A DNA stretch of 64,000 bases from Candidatus Pacearchaeota archaeon (GTDB lineage Archaea > Nanobdellota > Nanobdellia > Pacearchaeales > GW2011-AR1). A model generated the notes under the pieces. That model saw only the letters and a program-made list of their open reading frames with translations, was not told the DNA's origin and did not search any database. The stretch covers positions 33,982 through 97,981 of the forward strand of contig JAGVWT010000003.1 in assembly GCA_018304175.1 (NCBI GenBank). The letters run 5' to 3'. The position numbers were made by a program, and so were the translations under genes. Shown piece by piece: positions 48,388 through 56,354 of the stretch (its first letter is position 1; every line of letters begins with the position of its first letter).

Positions 48388-48726
48388 CTAAACAAACTTC
48401 TTGAGTTTTTTCTCGAAGTCTTCTTCAGAAGAAGAACCTATAAACTGCTCTACTTTTTCTCCATTTTTGAACAATATGAAATTTGGAATTGAAACTATGT
48501 TGAATTTCTGAGCTAACTCCCCATGGTCTTCAATGTTGATCTTAGCGAATTTTATTTTTGCTTTGAATTTTTCCGAAAGCTCGTCTATTATTGGTTCCAT
48601 CATGATGCACGGCATGCACCAGTCGGCGTAGAAATCAATTAAAGATATACCTTCCTTAATAAAACTTGTAAATTCCTTTCCAGACAATTCAGGTACTTTG
48701 TCTTTGTTAGCCATTTTTAACTCCAT
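48388..48726 (-). CDS. trx: thioredoxin
   Basis: Active site WCMPC; about 110 aa. Confidence 0.85.
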   Translation of the reverse strand: MELKMANKDKVPELSGKEFTSFIKEGISLIDFYADWCMPCIMMEPIIDELSEKFKAKIKFAKINIEDHGELAQKFNIVSIPNFILFKNGEKVEQFIGSSSEEDFEKKLKKFV

Positions 48727-48770
48727 AACTAAGAGAATACAAAATCAAGTTTTATAAAAGTTTCTTTGAA

Positions 48771-50705
48771 TTAATTATCTAAAGAACTATTAATATGGTG
48801 CAAGTGAGGAATCAACAAATCTGTCCATGTTTCTATTTCTGTGTTAGGGTATGTTTCAATTATGTTGTCTATGTGAATCATTCCTGCTTCTTTTATAGAA
48901 GCTTCTTTTGGTTTGACATAGCCGTCTGTTTCCATTGCATAAATTAACCCAAAATGAACTGCGTCTACGGGCTTTTTCGTTGAGAATAAAGTTCCAATAA
49001 ATTTTGGCTTTGTATAATTCCCATCAACAGTAACTTCTTCAAATAATTCTCTTTCAAGACAATTTTTTATGTAATCAGGACCATCGTTTTTTCTTATGTG
49101 GCCCCCTAATCCTAGAGATAATTTTCCGAAAAGTCTTCTGTCTCCATATTCAACCGGGTCTGATGACCTTACATAAGCAAAAACTTTTTCATTTGGTCCA
49201 AAGAATAAAACATAAGGAATCGGTTGCAAAACTAATGTGTCATCTTCACATTCATATCTTGATTTGAAAAATCCTCTTTTTTGGATATCTATGATTAATT
49301 CTTTTGATAAATCGCCTTCAATAAATTCAAATCCTTCGCGTTTTTTTCTATGGTTCAAAAGAATTTTTGCATCTTGAACGATAACAAGTGTGTCAAGTTT
49401 AGAATAATTTTTTGCGGCCATTGCAAAATCAAAGGGTTTGAAATGTTTTGAAATTTTTGGGCCTGTCTGGCCTTGATAATTTGATGCTGCATCTTTGTCA
49501 CCATATAGTTTGTCAGGGATTTCAGAAGTTCTGAATAAATCCATTTTACTTAAAGGCATCCCGTTTTCCAGGACAACTTCTGTTTCTTCATCAGGGCTTA
49601 TCTCAAAAACCATGTCTCCATTAAATCCTGGGTCTACAAATCCAGCGTCGTGAGATCTTCCTTCAATACCTTCATGAGAGTGCCTTCTTAATTCGGCAGC
49701 AAGGTGTGGTGGAATCGAAAGGACTTCTCTTGAAGGAAATAAGTAATGTTCCCCTCTTTTAACAATAACTTGCTTCTCAGAAGATAAAGATGAAGGTATT
49801 ATAGCCTCGAAATATCTTTCAGGATCATTTTCTCCTTTTTTTGATAAGTCTATTGGAACAGGATTATTTCTTGCGCGCAGTCCTACTATGCCATGAGTTG
49901 AAGCTCCTTCTAAATCAAGAGTTATCTGAAGTCCGTCGTTGACCATACTTCCAATTAAAGGAAGAGATTCTGCTTTTTTTCCTTTGGAGTTTTTGCTAAA
50001 CAAAATTGGATTTTTTTCGTATTCTTCCCTTATTTCTTTAGAACTTAGTTTAGCATCTCCTAAAAAAAATCTCAACTGATTAAGAGTCAAATCTGGACGA
50101 ATAATTAAATTAAAAGGAAGTGATTGAATCAGTAACCACATATCTCTTAATTGAGTTACCTTTTGATTATCATTTCCGCTAACTTCATCGAATGAAGAAT
50201 TGTAATCGCACAAGAAACGTGTTTTTGGGAAAACTCTTCCTGTGCTGCTTTTTGGTGAAGACCTTACAAAGTCAAAATGTTCTTCGACATGCGACAAGTC
50301 AATTTGCTCGTTCAAACGCACTAAAGCAGTGTTGCCTCTTTTTATTTCAAAACCATCTGATATATCAAACCTCATTCTGTTTCCGGCAGGCAATTGTAAA
50401 AGGGTCCTGTAAATACTCTCATTCTTTCTTGGTCTGAATAAACCTCCTCTTTCAGAGTCGATAACAAATAATTCTTCGCCTAATGTCGGTTCAAAAGAAC
50501 CTGGTTGAATCCTGCTTTCCAAGTTACCATCTTTAAACATCCCATTATCTTTAGTAGATAATGATTGATTTTTGACAATCAATGCTCCGTCATGAATAAG
50601 TTTCCTTATCTGCTGAGAGACCAAAGAATAACCTCTTTCTTTCATCCTTTTTTTTGTTTTGCATAGTTTATAATTATTATTGTAATAAAAATTATACTTC
50701 TCCAA
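48771..50705 (-). CDS. two-domain protein: N-terminal long-form dCTP-deaminase-like (dUTPase-fold, DCD family) domain fused to a C-terminal Nudix hydrolase domain
   Basis: N-terminus LVSQQIRKLIHDGALIV...IQPGSFEPTLGEE and HDAGFVDPGFNGDMVFE (dCTP deaminase/dUTPase signature). The C-terminus GLGGHIRKNDGPDYIKNCLERELFEEV fits the Nudix box. An alternative start MKERGY is at 50645. Confidence 0.55.
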   Translation of the reverse strand: MEKYNFYYNNNYKLCKTKKRMKERGYSLVSQQIRKLIHDGALIVKNQSLSTKDNGMFKDGNLESRIQPGSFEPTLGEELFVIDSERGGLFRPRKNESIYRTLLQLPAGNRMRFDISDGFEIKRGNTALVRLNEQIDLSHVEEHFDFVRSSPKSSTGRVFPKTRFLCDYNSSFDEVSGNDNQKVTQLRDMWLLIQSLPFNLIIRPDLTLNQLRFFLGDAKLSSKEIREEYEKNPILFSKNSKGKKAESLPLIGSMVNDGLQITLDLEGASTHGIVGLRARNNPVPIDLSKKGENDPERYFEAIIPSSLSSEKQVIVKRGEHYLFPSREVLSIPPHLAAELRRHSHEGIEGRSHDAGFVDPGFNGDMVFEISPDEETEVVLENGMPLSKMDLFRTSEIPDKLYGDKDAASNYQGQTGPKISKHFKPFDFAMAAKNYSKLDTLVIVQDAKILLNHRKKREGFEFIEGDLSKELIIDIQKRGFFKSRYECEDDTLVLQPIPYVLFFGPNEKVFAYVRSSDPVEYGDRRLFGKLSLGLGGHIRKNDGPDYIKNCLERELFEEVTVDGNYTKPKFIGTLFSTKKPVDAVHFGLIYAMETDGYVKPKEASIKEAGMIHIDNIIETYPNTEIETWTDLLIPHLHHINSSLDN

Positions 50706-50973
50706 CTAAAACAAAAATCAGTTTGTACAAAAACCAAAACAATATTACTAAATAAATCAGTGTTATGTTTATTCCTAAAATCATCAGGAAAATGTAAAAA
50801 GCGACGAGTATGTCAATTATACTCATCGGCTCTCCGAAAAACATTATTCCTTTTAACAAGAGGTAGAATATTGAAAAGAGCATAAGCTGTATTGGAAAAA
50901 TTGAGCTGAATTGTGCAAGACTTATTGTTACGAGAGTTAAAATATCAAGAACCATGAAAATCCAGATTAACAT
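50692..50973 (-). CDS. small membrane protein
   Basis: Three hydrophobic helices. Confidence 0.35.
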   Translation of the reverse strand: MLIWIFMVLDILTLVTISLAQFSSIFPIQLMLFSIFYLLLKGIMFFGEPMSIIDILVAFYIFLMILGINITLIYLVILFWFLYKLIFVLVGEV

Positions 50974-51252
50974 TTCTCAGAAAATAATTGTGGGTTTATA
51001 TTAATTGTTGAGGGAGAAAATATGAATTATTTCTCTTAAAAACTCTCGCTCCGAAGTCGTTCGATATTTTCTTTAACTATTAATGTAAAAAATTTGTGAT
51101 TCTACACATTAAAAGTACAAAATAATAACTAAGTCTCGCGAAGACTTATTTAAGCGAGGCAAAGCCGAGCGTTTGCACTCGGCGAAATTACAATGTGTTG
51201 GATAAAATAATATCGAAGGCAAGCGTGAGCCGAGCGTTGAACAATTATCTTT

Positions 51253-51807
51253 TCAATATTCAATACCTTTTCTTGCTAAAATTCCTGAATCGTAAGGGTG
51301 TTTGATTTTTTTTACTTCTGTTACAAGATGTGCTTTCTCGAAAATTTTTGGAAATGGTTCGTGACTTCCAGTTAAAATAAGTTCTTTTTTACTTGGTTTT
51401 GAATCAATTAATTCAATAACATCGCCTTCTGTTAACAGTCCGAGTTGTACAGCGTAAAGTATTTCGTCAGCGATTATTATGTCTCTATCCTCATCATTTA
51501 GGGATTCTTTGACATGATTCAATGCTTCTTTGCAGGATTTTATTTGATTTTCCGTCGGTTTTTCTATTACCCAGCCATCAATTCCAAAACGTTTGTATGT
51601 AAAATTCGGAAATTTTTTCAGTGCTTTTATTTCTCCAGGAATTTGCTCTTCCAAAGAATCCGCGCCGTTTTTTATGAACTGGACTAAATGGACGTGATAA
51701 TTATTTCCACAGGCTCTTAAAGCAGTGCCTAATGAACTTGTTGTCTTGCCTTTTCCATTTCCCCAAAATACCTGAACTAAACCGAGTTTTGATTTATCTG
51801 GATTCAT
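51253..51807 (-). CDS. cobA: cob(I)alamin adenosyltransferase (CobA/CobO/BtuR family)
   Basis: P-loop GNGKGKTT and VQFIKNG (QF.KG) motif; 184 aa. Confidence 0.65.
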   Translation of the reverse strand: MNPDKSKLGLVQVFWGNGKGKTTSSLGTALRACGNNYHVHLVQFIKNGADSLEEQIPGEIKALKKFPNFTYKRFGIDGWVIEKPTENQIKSCKEALNHVKESLNDEDRDIIIADEILYAVQLGLLTEGDVIELIDSKPSKKELILTGSHEPFPKIFEKAHLVTEVKKIKHPYDSGILARKGIEY

Positions 51808-51849
51808 TTTAGTTTGAAAGAAAACTTCTATTTAATTTTTGTTGTTGTT

Positions 51850-54375
51850 TTAACTACACTTGCTATAACCACAATCGAAGCATGTAGGTTCTTCGCAGCC
51901 TGAAACCATGCCTACGTTTGCACTGAAACATTTTGGGCAATGAAGCTTATTGCCATTTTGATTTTCTTCACCAACATTATCTTTTTCTAAAACTTTTGCA
52001 TCAATACTCAAGTCAACTGTTTTTATCTTACCTGTTTTTATTAAATGTGTTCTTAACGCTACGGCGATTCCGTGGGATATAGAATCAATTCTTTTCTTTC
52101 CAAATCCGTAAGGCCTCTCCGATTTTATAGAGTTGAGATGTTTCAAAATTCTTATAGGGTCACCGCCAAGACCTAAATATTTAGAGAGAACAATTCCTAA
52201 AGCACTTGTTAATCCTGAAATTTCTGTTCCTATCGGGGTCATGCTTGTGAAGATTTTTGTAGGCCCTTCGTTGTCGTAATTAATATGAATATGTAATGGT
52301 CCTTGACCTGTTTCAACTCTGTAATAATCTGAATTTTCGTGCAATTTTTTCATTTCTCTTATCACAACTTTCCCTTCTGCATCTTTCTTTTCTTTTTTGT
52401 CGCTTATATTTAAAATTTGTAATTGCTTTGAACCATCACGATAAATTGTGACTCCTTTTGCGCCATTTTCGTAAGCAAGCATGTATACCTCTTCTACTTC
52501 TTTTTCTGTTGCAGAGTTTTTCATATTCACTGTTTTTGAAACAGCATTGTCTGTGTATTTCTGGAAAGCACATTGCATCATTACATGCTCTTTTGGAGTT
52601 AAGTCGTGAGAAGTTAAGAATAAATCTTGAATTTCTTTTGGAATTTCATTTATTCCCACAAGTGACTTGTGATTATCGTTAATTTTCTTGTATAATCCCT
52701 CTTTTTTCAAACCAAAATAATCGTTTTCTATAGCTATTTTTTCAAATAAAGGATTTATCTCGAGGAAAGTGTCTTTTTCCAGGGGTTTTTCTCCTTTTTT
52801 TAAAGCATCAATTCCTGCGGCGTTGTAACGCACATATGCTACTGCGAAAAATGGTTCTATTCCAGCTCCTTGTAAACCTGCAGCTAATCCAATTGTTCCT
52901 GTTGGTGCTATTGTTGTGCGAGCAGAGTGTCTTGGAGAATATTCCTGTCCTCGGAAGTAAGAGCTGTTTTTATCGAAGATTGAACCCTTCCATGCAGGAA
53001 AAATTCCTCTCTTTTCTGCTAACTCTTCAGAAGCTTTCAAACATGAAACATTTATGAATTTCATCACTTCTTCTGCTTTTTTTAATGCATCGTGAGAATT
53101 GTATGGAATTCCTAACATAACAAGAGCTTCAGCCCAGCCCATAATACCTAATCCAATTCTTCTTGTTTTTTTCGCCATTTCTTCTATTTCTGAAATTGGA
53201 TAGTTGTTTATGTCTATAACATTGTCTAAGAAATGAGTGCATGTGTAAACACATTCTCTTAATTTTTCATAATCAAAATCCGCTTGATTTGTAAAAGATT
53301 CTTTCACGAATTTTGCAAGGTTTATTGAACCAAGATTGCATGGCTCGTAAGGCAGCAAAGGTTGTTCACCACAAGGGTTTGTTGATTCAATTTGTCCGAG
53401 ATGTGGGGTCGCGTTGCTTCCTGTGTTGTTTATCCTGTCAATTATTATGATTCCTGGGTCCCCTGTTTCCCAAGCACCCTTTATCAATTTTGTCCAGACA
53501 TCTTTTGCATTAAGCTTTCCGACGATTTGTTTGTTTCTTGGATTTATCAAGGGATAGTCTTCGTTGTTCTTCACTGCTTGCATGAAAGCATCATCTATTG
53601 TTACAGAGACGTTGAAATTTTCCATAACTCCAGGGGTTTTTTTCATGTCGATAAAATCAAGGATGTTTGGATGTGTGTAATGAAGAATCCCCATGTTTGC
53701 ACCTCTGCGAGTTCCGCCTTGTTTGACAACGTCTGTTGATTTGTCAAAAATTTGCATAAATGTTACTGGTCCTGATGAAATTCCACTAGTGCTTTTAACA
53801 AAGTCACCGCTTGGCCTTAATCTTGAGAAACTAAAACCTGTTCCGCCTCCGCTTTGATGAATCAGAGCCATGTTTTTAACACTTGTGTAAATTCCGTCGA
53901 TTGAGTCATCAACAGGGAGAACATAGCAAGCGCTTAACTGCTGCAAGTCCCTGCTGGCGTTCATCAGTGTCGGAGAATTTGGGAGAAATTTGAAGTTTGA
54001 AAGCAAGTCGTAAAATTTTCCTTCTGTGTCAGAAATAATCTCGGGATTTTTTGCATTTATATCTTCTAAATTTTCGAGGAACCTTCCAAAATTTTTGTGT
54101 CTATCTTCGCTTTTTACAAGCCCATGGTGTAGTAGAAACATCTTCGCTATTTTTCCTTTTGAACTGTACTCAACAATTCTTACATTCACACCATCAAAAA
54201 TTTCTTCTGTTGAAACTTTGTCTGAATGCAAAATATCCGAGAGTGCAATGTTGTGACAAACATTTCTCAGCCAGTGTTCAACTGTTGGCGAGTTCCTGAG
54301 GTATTTGTCTTTTATTACTTTAATCTGATTTATCGTTAAATTAAGTTTTGTAAGTTGTTTCAGTTCTGTTTCCAT
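51850..54375 (-). CDS. nrdJ: adenosylcobalamin-dependent ribonucleotide reductase (class II, NrdJ) with a C-terminal zinc ribbon
   Basis: Ten-stranded barrel RNR core with active-site Cys/Asn/Glu region (NPCGEQPL), C-terminal CPKC...CFDCG; 841 aa. Confidence 0.8.
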   Translation of the reverse strand: METELKQLTKLNLTINQIKVIKDKYLRNSPTVEHWLRNVCHNIALSDILHSDKVSTEEIFDGVNVRIVEYSSKGKIAKMFLLHHGLVKSEDRHKNFGRFLENLEDINAKNPEIISDTEGKFYDLLSNFKFLPNSPTLMNASRDLQQLSACYVLPVDDSIDGIYTSVKNMALIHQSGGGTGFSFSRLRPSGDFVKSTSGISSGPVTFMQIFDKSTDVVKQGGTRRGANMGILHYTHPNILDFIDMKKTPGVMENFNVSVTIDDAFMQAVKNNEDYPLINPRNKQIVGKLNAKDVWTKLIKGAWETGDPGIIIIDRINNTGSNATPHLGQIESTNPCGEQPLLPYEPCNLGSINLAKFVKESFTNQADFDYEKLRECVYTCTHFLDNVIDINNYPISEIEEMAKKTRRIGLGIMGWAEALVMLGIPYNSHDALKKAEEVMKFINVSCLKASEELAEKRGIFPAWKGSIFDKNSSYFRGQEYSPRHSARTTIAPTGTIGLAAGLQGAGIEPFFAVAYVRYNAAGIDALKKGEKPLEKDTFLEINPLFEKIAIENDYFGLKKEGLYKKINDNHKSLVGINEIPKEIQDLFLTSHDLTPKEHVMMQCAFQKYTDNAVSKTVNMKNSATEKEVEEVYMLAYENGAKGVTIYRDGSKQLQILNISDKKEKKDAEGKVVIREMKKLHENSDYYRVETGQGPLHIHINYDNEGPTKIFTSMTPIGTEISGLTSALGIVLSKYLGLGGDPIRILKHLNSIKSERPYGFGKKRIDSISHGIAVALRTHLIKTGKIKTVDLSIDAKVLEKDNVGEENQNGNKLHCPKCFSANVGMVSGCEEPTCFDCGYSKCS

Positions 54376-54376
54376 T

Positions 54377-54823
54377 TTATAGGTTTTTAAGTTCCTTCAT
54401 TTCTTTTTTGAAGTCGTTGACATCTTGGAAGTTTCTGTAGACAGATGCGAATCTTATGTATGCTACATTGTCGAGTTTTTTTATTTTTTTCATCGCTATT
54501 TCACCTATTGTCGAAGTTTTGACTTCTTTTTTGCCTTTTTTCCTTAATTGTTCTTCTATTTCGTTAACAATTTCTGTTATCTTTTCTTTGTTTACAGGGC
54601 GTTTTTCAAACGCCTTTTCAATGCCTCTCTCGAGTTTTTCTCTGCTGAACTTTTCCCTTGATTTGTCTTTTTTTATGACGTAAAAGTCACTGCTGTCAAT
54701 CCTTTCATACGTTGTGAATCTTTTTCTACACTTCAAACATTCTCTCCTCCTTCTTATTCCCTGAGAAGATTCTCTTTTGTTTGTTACCTTTATGCTTGTG
54801 CATGAACAGTATGGACATTTCAT
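54377..54823 (-). CDS. nrdR: transcriptional repressor NrdR (zinc ribbon plus ATP-cone)
   Basis: MKCPYCS...RRRECLKCRKRFTTYE and an ATP-cone. The likely start is MKCPYC at 54823 (the track's 54844 start adds 7 residues). Confidence 0.85.
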   Translation of the reverse strand: MKCPYCSCTSIKVTNKRESSQGIRRRRECLKCRKRFTTYERIDSSDFYVIKKDKSREKFSREKLERGIEKAFEKRPVNKEKITEIVNEIEEQLRKKGKKEVKTSTIGEIAMKKIKKLDNVAYIRFASVYRNFQDVNDFKKEMKELKNL

Positions 54824-54838
54824 TATAATATTAAGGAC

Positions 54839-54885
54839 ATACAATATCTTGTATGCTTAACCTTCGCTTGTTACAATAAATTGTA
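54839..54885 (-). promoter_or_regulatory. two NrdR-box-like palindromes (atacaatatcttgtat and tacaataaattgta) centred 32 bp apart, just upstream of nrdR-nrdJ
   Basis: Each matches the NrdR-box consensus acacwAtATaTwgtgt at 12-13 of 16 positions. Spacing is three helical turns, as in bacterial nrd operators. Confidence 0.5.
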
Positions 54886-54967
54886 CCAAAACCAATTCTT
54901 TTGGTAGAAATTGTTTTTAAACATTTATAAACATCACAATGTGGTAACAGAATTTAGCTTGAAAAAA

Positions 54968-55786
54968 TTACCTAACTTTAACTTTTCTTATTTTACGCGC
55001 TTCATCAATGATTTTTTTTAACTGGCTTTCTGGGATTTTTGTTTTGACTTTCAATTCACCCATGCTGTGCTCAGAAAGATTTTCTACGAGAAAGATGCCT
55101 GCTTGAGTCAATTTCATTTTTGTGTTGTTGTCAATTGATTTTAGAATGGTAATTGGATAAAGTTTTTTTCTTTCTATCAACTCTCTCAGAGATTTTTTTC
55201 CTGGATAATTCCAAGAAGTAATTCTCATGTTTACTCTTTCTGCATAAATGACGGCTTTCTGCGAGAGTTTAGTGTTTGTTGCAATCCAAGGACGGTCAAA
55301 GTGTTTGCTTAAATCAAGAAATCTAGCGTAGACATAGAGGACGACTTTGAGATTTGTGTAAACTCCCGGCGAATTGTGGTATTTGCATTCAATCATGTAT
55401 CTATATTTCTTTCTTGCTATTATATCGACTTCGTGGCTTGTGATTCTTCCGCGTACATTTTGGCCGACTTCTGTTTTATAACCATAATTTTCAAGAACCT
55501 TTGCAAAAAATCTTTCAAACGGAAATCCGGTAGGACCAAGATTCATTATGGCGTTTTTCAAGTCATAAATTGAAGCGATTTCTGGTTTTTGACTTTTAAG
55601 AAGTTGCATCGCGGTGTCAAAAATTTCCCTCGTCGTTATGCCATCGTAAACTTTTCTCTCAACTTCGTTTACAATTTCATCAATAAGTTTATTAGAAGCC
55701 CCGGCACGGAATAATGTCCCCCTTATTTTATTCGGGTTAAATTCCTCTTTTTTTCCTGACGCTTTTATAACATAAACCATTTTCAT
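54968..55786 (-). CDS. ATP-cone domain fused to an Mrr-like (PD-(D/E)xK) restriction-endonuclease domain
   Basis: N-terminus VIKASGKKEEFNPNKIRGTLFRAG...ITTREIFD (ATP-cone). Middle FERFFAKVLENYGYKTEV...HEVDIIARKK..YMIECKYH (Mrr_cat core). Confidence 0.6.
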   Translation of the reverse strand: MKMVYVIKASGKKEEFNPNKIRGTLFRAGASNKLIDEIVNEVERKVYDGITTREIFDTAMQLLKSQKPEIASIYDLKNAIMNLGPTGFPFERFFAKVLENYGYKTEVGQNVRGRITSHEVDIIARKKYRYMIECKYHNSPGVYTNLKVVLYVYARFLDLSKHFDRPWIATNTKLSQKAVIYAERVNMRITSWNYPGKKSLRELIERKKLYPITILKSIDNNTKMKLTQAGIFLVENLSEHSMGELKVKTKIPESQLKKIIDEARKIRKVKVR

Positions 55787-55827
55787 TTAAGTGAATAATT
55801 TTTTATAAAGATATTGTTTTGAAAAAC

Positions 55828-56202
55828 TTATCTATCTTTCTTTATGTTTTCTGTTAACTTAGAAATAAGCATATATGCTCCAATTCCAAACCCTATTCTC
55901 CCACAGAATATTCCAGATGATAATCCAAAAATCACATCCCCAGTATATTTTATTGTGGTTGGAGCATCTAACCAATTCATCACCTCATTTGTTAAATAAG
56001 CCCCACCAATACCTCCAACTAAAACTCCAGTCAAACCCCCTAATAGGGGATAATTTATTATTGATTTCTTCTCTAAATTTGATTCTCCAGTCTTTCTTTT
56101 CTGCTCGTTTATTTTTGTTTTACTTGTATCTGCTCCACATTCTTTTAATAACTTAATGTATCGTAATGCTTCTTCTTTCTTAGATTCATTATAATTTCCC
56201 AT
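55828..56202 (-). CDS. small membrane protein with a glycine-zipper TM
   Basis: LLGGLTGVLVGGIGGAYL. Confidence 0.35.
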   Translation of the reverse strand: MGNYNESKKEEALRYIKLLKECGADTSKTKINEQKRKTGESNLEKKSIINYPLLGGLTGVLVGGIGGAYLTNEVMNWLDAPTTIKYTGDVIFGLSSGIFCGRIGFGIGAYMLISKLTENIKKDR

Positions 56203-56354
56203 TTTATTCTTCTACGTTTATTTTTCAGACGTTTTTTTAACACCAGCATAAACTTGAAAATCTTGAATTCCAAATTTTCTTAGCATCTTTTTTAGGGGTA
56301 AAAGAGTTTTTAAATAAATTTATATCCTTCATTATATAGGGGGATTCTTAAAAA

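Noticed and set aside
48771-50705. DCD-Nudix protein as a member of the described anti-phage dCTP-deaminase nucleotide-depletion systems
   Set aside because: Those use a zinc-dependent cytidine-deaminase-fold domain, usually with a kinase domain. This protein has the dUTPase-fold DCD domain and sits among housekeeping dNTP-metabolism genes.
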